Below, piece after piece: positions 24,161 through 34,885 of a DNA stretch of 64,000 nt. The stretch spans positions 310,001 through 374,000 of the forward strand of contig NW_005202237.1 in assembly GCF_000372725.1 (NCBI RefSeq), given 5' to 3'. Each line of letters opens with the position of its first letter. Positions within the stretch are counted from its first letter, which is position 1. A model generated the notes under the pieces. It did not search any database, was not told where the DNA came from, and saw nothing but the letters and a program-made list of their open reading frames with translations. Both the position numbers and the translations under genes were made by a program. Origin of the DNA: Emiliania huxleyi CCMP1516 (lineage: Eukaryota).

Positions 24161-24490
24161 GGTTCCCCCCCCCCGGCGCGCAGCGCCGGGAGGCGCGCAG
24201 CGCCGAACCCACAAAACCCCCTCGCAGCGTTCCCGGAGTTCGGAGATTAAAAGAAACACAATTTCGTGGCAATTTTTCGGTGCTCCCCGCACCCCTAACG
24301 CGCGCGCGCAGCGCGCGCTAGTGATGCCGCAGGCACCCCTAAGCGGCACGCAGCGCCGGCGCACCCCTAAAACGCGCGCGCAGCGCGCCAGGCGCCGCAG
24401 GCGCCCCTACGGCGGCGCGCAGCGCCACTGCACCCCAAAAACGCGCGCGCAGCGCGCGCTAGCGGCGCGCAGCGCCGCCGCAGGCGGCGG
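24160..24490. mobile_element. Probable transposon terminus with subterminal repeats
   Basis: GGTTCCCCCCCCC followed by repeated GCGCGCAGCGCC and GCACCCCTAA motifs. Confidence 0.4.
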
Positions 24491-25064
24491 ACAGCAGGTG
24501 CGCGAAATTAAACGCCATTTTCGGTTCCGCGGTTTTGCCACTAACATCGAAATCCGGTACAAATCGACTTAGCCGAAACAGCTGACAGACAGACAGAGAG
24601 TACACAAGTTCAAACGAGGGTTGCGCCGGTCGCCGCCGCGCACCCACCCGAGCTAGATGGCCCCATAGGACGCCCTCTCCCTCTGGGCTCGGCTCTGGAC
24701 GCCTCCAGGGCAGCATGGGTAGGCCGGAACCGCGCCACGGTTACGCCGAGGCCGCGCAGCAGAACCGACGGCGATCGTGGCGACGGTGTCTCGACGCTGC
24801 ACCGGCGCGAGAGGCGGCCATAAGGGCGCCGGCGATGGCAGCGCCGGCCGTGAGGAAGGCGGCCGCGGCCCTGGCGGCTCAGCGAGCTCGGTGGAGCGAG
24901 CAGTAACAGCTGAGAGACTGGAGAGTCCGCGTGTGACCTTGTCGCGATGCAAGTGCCAAAAAGCGTTGTTTGCGGCTATTGCTCAAAATTTCGGGAGAGA
25001 AGGCCTACATATTATGAGTGCATGCATCCGTTCGGCGCATGAGAGCTGCGGGACGAGACGTATC

Positions 25065-25500
25065 ACGGTCGACCGAACGTCTCGTGGAGCAGCAGGTTGA
25101 AGTTGTTGCGCTTGACAAAGATCGCGTCGTGGTAGAAACCGCGATGCGCCTTGACGTAGCCGTGGCCCCGTTCTTGTGGTCGAAGGGTTGGCCGGGCTGC
25201 CCGCGCGCCTTGCAGCCCATGTTTAGGCGGCGGGCCTTCTCCTCGGTGTTGCCTAAGGCGTAGGAGTGGCCAACGGAGGCGGGCGTGCCGCCGCTCGAGG
25301 CGTTGCCAACGCCCGCCGAGGAGGTCTTGAGGAGGGGCGTCCAGAGCTTGACTTCATTCACCTCATCGCATCCTCCCGGGCCAACGTGGGGTTCCGCGAG
25401 GTCGACCTTGTACCCCTCGTTGTACTGCCGGGTGAGCTCTGGTTTCTCCTTGTCGCCGTGCACGACCGGCGCGTGTGTTTTGTTGTTTTGCACTGACCAC
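25065..25500 (-). mobile_element. Frameshifted C-terminal restriction-like endonuclease region of an RLE-type non-LTR retrotransposon
   Basis: YNEGYKVDLAEP...DEVNEVKLWTP resembles (P)D-(D/E)xK; after a frameshift near 25165 it reads GHGYVKAHRGFYHDAIFVKRNNFNLLLHETFG, resembling the ExxG motif downstream of the RLE core. Confidence 0.55.
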
Positions 25501-25818
25501 TGTGAGAGATGCACACTGGGATAGGGTCCCAACTTTGTTTGACGTTAGGTCGCGTTCAAATGCCCGGAAATGCCGTTACAGTGGTGTCCGGCCGGCGCGA
25601 TCACCGACCTGTGACGCTCCGCAGAGAAGCCTGATGAGGTGCTGGTGGTTTCGCTTTGCAGGGCTGGCCGCCTACGGCCCAAGCGCTCTGAGCAAGGTTT
25701 GGGAAGCGAATCTCCCCCATTTAGATCTTCAGATATTTTGACTGACGACCGAAAATGGGCAAACACGGGGTGATTTTGGTAAATATACTTTCGCTGCAGC
25801 TGGTACCTTCGTTCAGCC

Positions 25819-27393
25819 TCAGATGCGAATGCTCTGGATCACCTCGCATAGGAGCTCTTTGTCGAGCGACGCAAAATTCCCGCTCGCCTGAACCGACCCG
25901 AAATTGAGCACGATGTAGCGGACGCAGAAGGCGCGGAGCCCGGGCGCATCATGCGCATTGGCCGCGCTGAGAAACGCGCAGACCGAGCTTGCCGTGACGC
26001 GGCGGGTGATTGAATCTTGCGCCAACGACTGCAGCCGCGGCAGCTCCCACATCATCGAGAGGCGCAGCACTTCCACGGCGTGCTCGTCGTCGACCTCCAG
26101 GCGGTCGGTATGCAGGAACAGCAGCACGGCGCGCACCGACTCAAAGCTATCTTCGGTGAGCGTGATCTCATCGCTGGTGGATTCGCTGAAGCCCGAGGCG
26201 AGCATGGTTCTGAAGTGGGCACACCGAGTGGTGAGCAGCCCGCGCAGCGTGTACAAGGTCTTGCCCTCGACGACGATCTTGAAGTCCGCGGCGTCTTCGT
26301 TGCTCATCAGCCCCTCGAGGTCCGCCTGGAGCGTCGACAGCGGGATCTCCACTGACGACTCGATGCGCACTCGAAACGAGCGCAGCCGCTTATTGTTGAT
26401 GTCAGTCAGCACGACCAAACCTCTTCCGTCGGAGGTGATGCGTCCAGTAGAACCATTGTGGAAGCGCGCGTCCGTGCCTACCATGTCCTTGTAGCCCGAA
26501 GAATTGTGTGCCCCTGCAATGGTCGTCACGTGATGTGTCGGGGACACGCAGCGGACTGTGTGAGGCTCGACAACATAGAGCCAGCCGTCGACGCACACGA
26601 CATCGGTAGGACTGCACATTGCGGCGGCAGTCCCCTGGGCATCCACCACACGAGACTGACCGTCGCCAGCAATGGTAGTCGTTTCCCATCGCCGCCCCTC
26701 ATCTCCGGGTCGCACCTTGCGGATCCGGTGGTTGTTTCTGTCGGCCACGTAGAGATTATTGTCCGCATCGACGCATATGCCGTGTGGACAGTTGAACCGC
26801 GCACTGCCTCCGACTCCATCGACATGCCCGGCCTCGCGGCTGCCACACACTGTCACAACTTCGCCTCGCTGCAGGGCTACCTTGCGAATGCAATTGGCGT
26901 CGACCACGAGCAAGTCGTCGTTGCCATCCACCACGAGTGCACGTATCTCCGAAAAGCCTGCAGACTCGCCAGAAGCGTCGTTGCCTCCAGGCCCACCGCC
27001 TGCAATGAATGACACTTCGCCAGTGTTGAAGTCGACTCGATGGATCTTGTTGGAAGCAGCCACGAAGAGATATCCAAGTCGATTGCAGGCCATGGCCTGT
27101 GGCGGCGCAGGCAGCCCACAGAGCACATCGACCATCTGAGATTCGAAGTCGAGGAAGCGGATTTGGGGATTGGATGCGTGGGAAAAACCAACGTATATTC
27201 GGCTACAATCGGGGCTGTACGCAACACCTCCATTGCACGTAATCATGGTAGAGTAGAAGCTTTGGCGAGGCTCGATTTCACTACCACCACCCGCCAAAGT
27301 CGAGATGAATGCCGGCGAGCCCGAAACGCTAACGACGTTGCTGCCACGCGCGATACAGCGAAGGGACGCAAGGCGCGCGATCGTCCCTCTCAC
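25819..27393 (-). CDS. NHL-repeat beta-propeller + BTB/POZ domain protein (true start uncertain)
   Basis: NHL motifs GHVDGVGGSARFNCPHGICVDADNNLYVADRNNHRIRKV; BTB motif ADFKIVVEGKTLYTLRGLLTTRCAHFRTMLASGFSES...FLHTD, followed by BACK-like helices. Confidence 0.92.
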   Translation of the reverse strand: MRGTIARLASLRCIARGSNVVSVSGSPAFISTLAGGGSEIEPRQSFYSTMITCNGGVAYSPDCSRIYVGFSHASNPQIRFLDFESQMVDVLCGLPAPPQAMACNRLGYLFVAASNKIHRVDFNTGEVSFIAGGGPGGNDASGESAGFSEIRALVVDGNDDLLVVDANCIRKVALQRGEVVTVCGSREAGHVDGVGGSARFNCPHGICVDADNNLYVADRNNHRIRKVRPGDEGRRWETTTIAGDGQSRVVDAQGTAAAMCSPTDVVCVDGWLYVVEPHTVRCVSPTHHVTTIAGAHNSSGYKDMVGTDARFHNGSTGRITSDGRGLVVLTDINNKRLRSFRVRIESSVEIPLSTLQADLEGLMSNEDAADFKIVVEGKTLYTLRGLLTTRCAHFRTMLASGFSESTSDEITLTEDSFESVRAVLLFLHTDRLEVDDEHAVEVLRLSMMWELPRLQSLAQDSITRRVTASSVCAFLSAANAHDAPGLRAFCVRYIVLNFGSVQASGNFASLDKELLCEVIQSIRI

Positions 27394-27474
27394 ATTTCAT
27401 TCACTCACGTTCACCTTTCGCAATAGGGTAGGCAGGTAGGGCCCCGTCCGGAGTGCCCCGCCATAATTCTCTTA

Positions 27475-27615
27475 AAGAAAGAAAGAAAACAGACAACCCA
27501 GGGAGGGATGGGAGGACGGCACGCCGCCACCACACAGGGATTTTAAGGAGAGGGGTGTGGTGCGCTAGCCGTCGCCCACCCTTGGGCGTCTGCTTCTTCC
27601 TATCTCTCTTCGCAG
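27475..27615 (+). mobile_element. Terminal fragment of a recurrent TIR/MITE family
   Basis: AAGAAAACAGACAACCCA(A)GGGAGGGATGGGAGGACGGCACGCCGCCACCACACAGGGATTTT recurs at ~36997, ~37700, 37787, 56862 and inverted at 56793-56860 and 58119-58190. Confidence 0.85.
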
Positions 27616-27693
27616 CCCGTCGCCGCTTTTCGAAGTCTTTCTTTCGCACACGCGGCTCACCTGCTTGCACACACTCAACAACCTTGAACACAC

Positions 27694-30248
27694 ATGCTCC
27701 GCCCCACCCGCGCCTCTCCTCGGCTCGCCGGGCTCAAGCCGGCCCGGTCGCAGTCGCCGTCGCGTGCCGGCGGCTCCACGCCCGCCACCTCGTCGACGAA
27801 GCCCGCACGCAAGGCTGGCGGCAAGCCCCAGCCAGAGTACGAGTTTGGCGGCCCAGCCGGCGCGGCGGGCGTGATGCTGCTCCTGCCGCTGGTCATCGGC
27901 TTCCTGTACGCGGGGTGCGGCAAGCACGGGTGCATACGCCTGCCCGAGGACGCGCTCGACGTGCTCGCCGCCGCACCGCTCGCTCCGCTGTGGGACTGGA
28001 CGGCTGCGGCGGTGGTGGCTGGGTGGACGGCGCTGCACTTCCTGCTGTACGTCGCGCTGCCGGGGCCGCGGGTGGAGGGCGTCGTGCTCGCGGACGGCTC
28101 GCGCCTCAAGTACCCGATGAACGGCCACCTCGCCTTTTGGCTCTCGCTCGCCGGCTTTTGGCACGGGCTGCCGCTGCTCGGCTGCAAGCAGTCGTGGGTG
28201 TACGACGCGTACCTCCCGCTCGCGACGGCGGCGTGCGCGCTGTCGGTCGCCCTCTCCGTCTGGTCGCACGCCCTCTCCTACCTCCCGAACACACCCCTCG
28301 CCGAGGGAGGCCAGACGGGCAACCCGGTCCGAGCAGAGCCTCCGCCCCGCCTCGGATCCACCTCGGATCCACCTCGGCCAAACCTCGGCAGCACCTCGGC
28401 CGCACCACGCCAGCACCACGCCAGCACCTCGCAGGTGTACGACTTCTTCATCGGGCGGCCGCTCAACCCGCGGATCGGGTCGCTCGACCTCAAGGCGCGC
28501 ACACACCTCGCCCACACCTCGCACACACCTCACACACTCGCACACACTTCGCACACACCTCGCACACACCTCGCCCACACCTCGCCCACACCTCACACAC
28601 TCGCACACACCCCTCGCACACACCTCGCCCACACCTCGCCCACACCTCGCCCACACCTCACACACTCGCACACACCCCTCGCACACACCTCGCCCACACC
28701 TCGCCCACACCTCGCCCACACCTCGCCCACACCTCCCACACACCTCCCACACCCCTCGCACACACCTCGCCCACACCTCGCCCACACCTCCCACACACCT
28801 CGCCCGCACCTCGCTCGCACCTCCCACACCTCGGCTCGCCTACGTGCCTCCCAGGCGTGCTGCGAGCTGCGGCCGGGGCTGGTCGGGTGGGCGGTCCTCA
28901 ACTTGGGGCTGGCGGCGAAGCAGCACGAGCAGCAGGGCGAGGTGTCTTGGTCGATGGCTGATTATACAACGAGCCAGAGGTTGCTAATGAACTCGTAATC
29001 AACTAGGCGAGGTGTCTTGGTCGATGGTCGCCGTGGTTGGGGGGCAGCTCCTGTACGTGTGGGACGCGCTCTACAACGAGCAGGCCAGCTCTCGAGATTG
29101 GCCGGAGATTGGCCGGAGATTGGCCGGAGATTGGCCGGGCGAGATGACTCGCTCTTAGAACCTAGCAGCGTGATCTCGCGTGATCTCGCGTGATCTCGCG
29201 TGATCTCGCGTGGCCTCACCCTCAGCGATGAGTGTGACTCTGATGTGACTCGCAGGCGATCCTCACCACCATGGACATCACCACTGACGGCTTCGGCTTC
29301 ATGCTTGCCTTTGGCGAGCCCCGCGCGGCCTGCCACCTCCCTCCACCTCCCCTCCTTCAGCCGTCGCCGGGGAATGGCCCCTCAGGCGACCTCGCTTGGG
29401 TCCCCTTCACCTACTCGCTCCAGGCGCGAGATATGGGGAGATATGGGGAGATATGGGGAGATAGAGCTGGGTCCCCTTCACCTACTCGCTCCAGGCGCGC
29501 AGCCTCGTCGGCCCCTCGCCCGTCCGATGAATCAGCCGCCCACCCCCATCCATCCACCAGGCGCGCATCCTGGTGGACCACGACCCTCGCCTCCCCGCGC
29601 CGGCCGTCGCCGCCATCGCCGCCCTCGGCGCGCTCGGCTACGTCGTCTTCCGCGGCGAGCTGAGACGGAGCCGAGATGCGAGATTGCACGAGATTTGCCA
29701 AAGCACGACTTCCGAGCCGGACTGAAGGGGGCGGGGGGGGGGGGGGGCATGGGGGAGGGAGAGGCGAGCTCTGAGATCGTCCGAGATCGTCCGAGGCGCG
29801 CGCAGAAGAGTTTCAGAGCTGCTGACAATGACAGGCGCCAACTCGCAGAAGGACGCCTTCCGACGCGACCCGTCCGACCCTGCCGTCTCGCACCTGCAGT
29901 GGATGCAGACCAAGCGCGGCCCCGAGCCGCTCGTCCCGGCGGCTGCGAGGCCCGTTCTCGGACCGCCGCCTTCTCGCCGCTGATAGGCGCGGCACCAAGC
30001 TGCTCGTCTCGGGCTGGTGGGGCGCAGCGCGAAAGATCAATTACACCGGCGACTGGCTGATGGGCCTCTCGTGGTCGCTCGCCTGCGGCGCCGCCTCGCC
30101 GGTGGCCTACTTCTACCCAGTCTACTTTGCGGTCCTGCTCGTCCACCGCGCGCTGCGAGACGACCACTTCTGCGCCACCAAGTACGGCGCCGATTGGGAG
30201 GCGTACAAGCGGCGCGTCCCGTTCGTCTTTGTGCCAGGCATCCTCTGA
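27694..30248 (+). CDS. ERG24: Delta14-sterol reductase (ERG4/ERG24/LBR family), ~9 exons
   Basis: [126 protein letters not shown]. Confidence 0.93.
28497..28830. repeat. Intronic ~11 bp tandem repeat (CACACCTCGCC)n
   Basis: Direct inspection; lies within an ERG24 intron. Confidence 0.9.
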
Positions 30249-30800
30249 GTAGTCCTCGGAGGATCCCGCCGAGGCGCGACCGCCGGCGAGGCATGCTGTA
30301 TGCCCGGCGCGGCAGAGGGCAGAGCCCGTGCCGCCGGGTCATATCCTCATATCCGAGGCAGACGCCGCGCACAATCATTCGCGTTCCGATGACCGATGTG
30401 AGGACGCTCAGCATAGGAGATCAGTAATTACGCGGGTACCCAGCGTCACGCTCGAGCGCTACAACGCATTACGATTACGCGTGCTGTGGCCTTGCTAGGA
30501 GCTCGCGCTCAGCGGCGCCTTTGCACTTGAACTCTTGAGAAGACTCTCTTACATATGTATAAAAGTGAAATCGACGATCGCATGCGAAGCGTTGCGCGAC
30601 TCCTAGCGTTATGCGAGGGGGGGCGCCGCGCTGCACACAGACACACATCACAAACTCAGGACACAGGAGCGCATGGGACGGTGCAGGGCTCGCTCTCCTC
30701 TCGCTCTCCGCTGCCACACATATGCATGTCACATGTGCAGCACCATGGACGTGCCGTTCGTACCTCTACCTGCCCTGCGCATACTCGATGATCCCGGATC

Positions 30801-32141
30801 CTAGATCCAATACATTAGCTTCCGCCACTCTCGGGCCTCTAAATTAACTTCGGTGCCAGCGCGCCAGCCAGCGCTGCCCTCGGTGTGCCAGCTCAGACGG
30901 TAGTGCCCGTCTTCGTCAACTTTACTTGATCCATAGTCGCAGCCGAGGACGTCTGCAGTGCACAGCGTGACGGCGGCGACGCGGGAGAAGCCAAAGGACC
31001 CCCCGTCCTCCTCCTCGTCTTCAATGTAATTGTACCAAAAGGCCCCGTTCTCCTCGTGCGTCTCATTCTCGCTGCTCGTCCGTCGCAGCACCTCGTCGCG
31101 CCGCCCGCACGCACCGAGCGCGATGGTGCCGTCGGGTGCCCTCGCTCCAACAAAGATGTGCGTCGCCTCCGCCGGCACGCTCTCGATTTTCATAAGAGTC
31201 GTTACGTGGGAGTACGGCTCATCGATGTGCTGCTTCCATCCGGTGAGAAAGGCATTTGGAATCGACCGATGCACGCCATGAGACATGCGCGGCCGAGTGC
31301 GCGGGCTCGAGGCAGACGCAGCTGCGGAGGCGGTAGGCCGCAGCGCCTGGTGGCGGTACGCCTCGTAGAGCAGCTCCTTGCCGCCCTCGTACGCGGTCAG
31401 CACGCCCTCGACGCGGTCGGCGAGGAAGGTTGGCTCCATCAGCGGGTAGCGCACGAGAGAGAACAGCTCGAGCTTCTGGGCGGCGGCGAGGGGCGGCGAG
31501 CACTTGGAGAGCCAGCCATCGAGCGCCTCGAAGACGACATCCTCGCCGGCCATGAGCGCGTCGCTACACAGCAGAGTCTTGAGCATGTCGAGCGAGAGGC
31601 GGTGAAAGTCGGGCTGCTGCGAGAGCGTCTTGAAAAGGTGCTCCGCCATCTTTTCGCACGCCGCGCGGACTGCGTCAAGCTCCGGCCGGCCAATCGAGAC
31701 TGCCACCGCCCAGGAGGCGATGCACGATTCGAGCGTGAGTGTGGACGCGAGAGACTCGGCGCCCAGCGCCAGGAGCGAGGGGACCTCGAGGCGGCTGGCG
31801 GCCATCATCACGCCGGCAAGCGTCTCGGGCTTCGCCTCGAGCCGCAGGGTGTACAGGAAGCGGAGGACGGCGCGCATATCGTCGGCGGCGATCTCGCTGA
31901 TAGTCACCACGTCCTCGGCGCTCTCGCGCATCGCGCTGGAGAAGAGCGCCTTGAAGTAGTCGGAGCCGGCGGCGAGCACGAGCCGATGGGCTTCAAAGCG
32001 CTCGCCGCTGTCGACTTGGATGGTGACGTCGCAGAAGCGGCCCTGCTCCCACAGCGCGGTAAAAGAGGCGTCCCGTGCCGCGAGGTGGCCAGCGGCGGCG
32101 CCGCCCGCGGCGGCCTCGGTGCGCGCGCGCTTCTTGGACAT
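30801..32141 (-). CDS. BTB/POZ-BACK domain protein with an uncharacterised C-terminal domain
   Basis: FCDVTIQVDSGERFEAHRLVLAAGSDYFKALFSSAMRES (BTB); EDVVFEALDGW...LVRYPLM (BACK); no Kelch repeats after. Confidence 0.93.
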   Translation of the reverse strand: MSKKRARTEAAAGGAAAGHLAARDASFTALWEQGRFCDVTIQVDSGERFEAHRLVLAAGSDYFKALFSSAMRESAEDVVTISEIAADDMRAVLRFLYTLRLEAKPETLAGVMMAASRLEVPSLLALGAESLASTLTLESCIASWAVAVSIGRPELDAVRAACEKMAEHLFKTLSQQPDFHRLSLDMLKTLLCSDALMAGEDVVFEALDGWLSKCSPPLAAAQKLELFSLVRYPLMEPTFLADRVEGVLTAYEGGKELLYEAYRHQALRPTASAAASASSPRTRPRMSHGVHRSIPNAFLTGWKQHIDEPYSHVTTLMKIESVPAEATHIFVGARAPDGTIALGACGRRDEVLRRTSSENETHEENGAFWYNYIEDEEEDGGSFGFSRVAAVTLCTADVLGCDYGSSKVDEDGHYRLSWHTEGSAGWRAGTEVNLEAREWRKLMYWI

Positions 32142-32310
32142 GGAGGCTGGACTCGCGACACGGGGTAACCTGTCGTCAAGACTTGCCTCCCGCTTCCCGC
32201 GCCGCCGCGCTCACAGGGCACGCGGGCTTTTCTTTTTCAATGTCTTCTAAGTTATTTTTTCTGCCAAACAGCCGGACCAGCTCACTCCCGCTGTTCAGAG
32301 TTGTCCATCG

Positions 32311-34727
32311 ATGCGCCCATCTCTAATTCTAATTTTAGCCTGCCCGAGCCACGCCTTCCCGCGGCTCGTCGCGAGTGGAGACGCAAAGGACGACGACCAC
32401 CGCATCTGCGCCGACAAGGACGAGAACTGCGCCGGCTGGGCTGCAACGGGTGAGTGTGAGGCAAACCCGAGCTTCATGCTGGCCAGCTGCGCGGACTCGT
32501 GCACACACTGCAGGCAGGGCCGACCTGGCGAGATGCGCTCGCGCGAGGAGCGGCTCAAGCGGAGAGACAATGCGTGCGACGACCTCGACGATGACTGCGA
32601 GGCGAGGGCCGCGGCCGGCGCGTGCCACGACGGCTCCGACGGTCTGGTGCGCTGCCCGTCCTCGTGCCGAGTGTGCAGATTCAAGCGAGTGGTTGGCGAG
32701 GCGTTTGATTGCGGCTCCTTCTCGTCCCAGGGTGCGCAGCTATCGACACACTCGTGTCGTGGTAGCGGCTAGCGCCTGTAGCGGACTTCGGTGCGAGGCG
32801 AGGGTGCACTTCTCCCGCGGATGGACCGTTGGCGCGTGACTAGGCGCGTGTGAGGCGAGGCGGAGGCGCTGCGCCCGCCCACCCGACACTCCCCCCGCGG
32901 TGACGCGGCCGGAGGAGGGAGGGCAGACGATCGACGCGACGATGCGGCGCATCCTTCGCGACTTTCCGCAGGCAGCGCTCGCCGGCCCGCCCTGTGTGTG
33001 GAGGAGGAGGTCTGCCTCACCCTGCCGGCTCACCCTGCCCGGCTTGTGCTAACCCCGCAGTACGCGCCGCGAGCTGTGTCGCGGCCGGGCGGGCCGCACG
33101 GCGAGGGCGCCCCCTGGGTGATGTCGCTCTCCAACTTTGTGAGCGACGAGGAGGCGGAGGCAGACTCGGGCGGCTGAGCGAGCGAGCCGTCACGCACGGA
33201 GCTTTCCCCTCAGCCCTAAAGTGCCGCCCCGCAGGCCTTTATCGCCGGCTGCTCGAGCCACTTCTCGCGCTCGCTCGCAGGTGGTGCGGCGAGGCCGCGG
33301 CGATTGCCGTCGCCTCGGCTGCGGACGGCTCTCTGGTTGGTTCACTCAGGCGACGAGCTCTCCCCGGTGCGCACGAGCTCGCAGTGCTGGTGCTCGAACA
33401 ACGCGTGCGAGCGCAGCCCGCTGACGCAGGCCGTGGCGCACCGGATCGCAAACCTGACGATGGCGAGACGGAGCCGAGAGGGAGTTGTGCCCGAGAGGAG
33501 CGGAGAGGGGCCGAGAGGAGCCGAGAGGGGTCGAGAGGAGCCGAGAGGGGCCGAGAGGAGCCGAGAGGAGCCGAGAGGGGCCGAGAGGAGCCGAGAGGGG
33601 TCGAGAGGAGCCGAGAGGGGCCGAGAGGAGCCGAGAGGAGCCGAGAGGAGCCGAGAGGAGCCGAGAGGAGCCGAGAGGGGCCGAGAGGAGCCGAGAGGGG
33701 CCGAGAGGAGCCGAGAGGGGCCGAGAGGAGCCGAGAGGGGCCGAGAGGAGCCGAGAGGGGCCGAGAGGGGTCGAGAGGAGCCGAGAGGGGCCGAGAGGAG
33801 CCGAGAGGAGCCGAGAGGAGCCGAGAGGAGCCGAGAGGAGCCGAGAGGAGCCGAGAGGAGCCGAGAGGGGCCGAGAGGAGCCGAGAGGGGCCGAGAGGAG
33901 CCGAGAGGGGCCGAGAGGAGCCGAGAGGGGCCGAGAGGAGCCGAGAGGGGCCGAGAGGGGTCGAGAGGAGCCGAGAGGGGCCGAGAGGAGCCGAGAGGAG
34001 CCGAGAGGAGCCGAGAGGGGCCGAGAGGAGCCGAGAGGAGCCGAGAGGAGCCGAGAGGAGCCGAGAGGAGCCGAGAGGGGCCGAGAGGAGCCGAGAGGGG
34101 CCGAGAGGAGCCGAGAGGAGCCGAGAGGGGCCGAGAGGAGCCGAGATGAGCCGAGGAGAGCCGGGGTCGCAGACGATGACGGACCTCGCACGACCAGCGC
34201 TACCGAGGCGCTCGACGACACGCCCACGACACGCCCACGACACGCCCACGAGCCACGACACGCCCACGACACGCCCACGACACGCCCACGACACGCCCAC
34301 GACACGCCCACGACACTTGGAGGCGGGATTGGCGTAGGTGCCGCACGAGCGCTACTTTGAGCCCTTCCAAATCCTGCGGTACGAGCCGGGCCAGTTCTAC
34401 CGCGTGCACCACGACCAGAACTGCGGCCTCTTCACACCACAGGGCGCGCGAGTGTACACCTTCTTCATGTATCTGTCGACGCCCGAGCGCGGCGGCGGGA
34501 CGCGCTTCGCCGACATCGACGAGACCGTGCCCGCCGTCAAGGGCTCCGCGGTGCTGTGGCCGTCGGTGCGGAACGACGACCCTGACGAGGACGAGCCGAG
34601 GACCCACCACGAGGGGCTGCCGCCCGACGTCGGCGTCAAGTACGCCGCAAACGTGTGGGTACACAACTACGACTACCGGACGCCTTCGGCGAATGGTTGC
34701 CCCTTTTGCTATAAGAACACGAGGTGA
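32311..34727 (+). CDS. P4H: Secreted ShKT-domain prolyl 4-hydroxylase, multi-exon
   Basis: Signal-like N-terminus; ShKT CADKDENCAGWAATGECEANPSFMLASCADSC; PWVMSLSNFVSDEE; RTSSQCWC; EPFQILRYEPGQFYRVHHD...TFFMYLS...GGGTRF...HEGLP...KYAANVW (HxD...H, 2OG-binding K). Confidence 0.9.
33490..34316. repeat. Intronic tandem repeats: 10 bp (CCGAGAGGRG)n over ~650 bp, then 11 bp (ACACGCCCACG)n
   Basis: Direct inspection; inside the last P4H intron. Confidence 0.96.
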
Positions 34728-34885
34728 GATGTCCGTGGTTTCTGGGTGAACTGTAAAAGGACTTCTATTTTTCGTGGACCGCATGCCGCTAGGCAGAACG
34801 AAAAAAATTCTGTAATTTTTCACGGTCACGCTCAACCCTCCCAGGCACTAGGCTGGCACTCTAGGGCACGCGGACGCGCGCGAAA

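Noticed and set aside
24290..24440. Telomeric repeats (CCCTAA)
   Set aside because: Only isolated CCCCTAA motifs inside longer GC repeats, not tandem.
32994..34360. Long repetitive ORFs (ERSREEPRGA)n
   Set aside because: Translations of the stop-free 10-bp intronic repeat.
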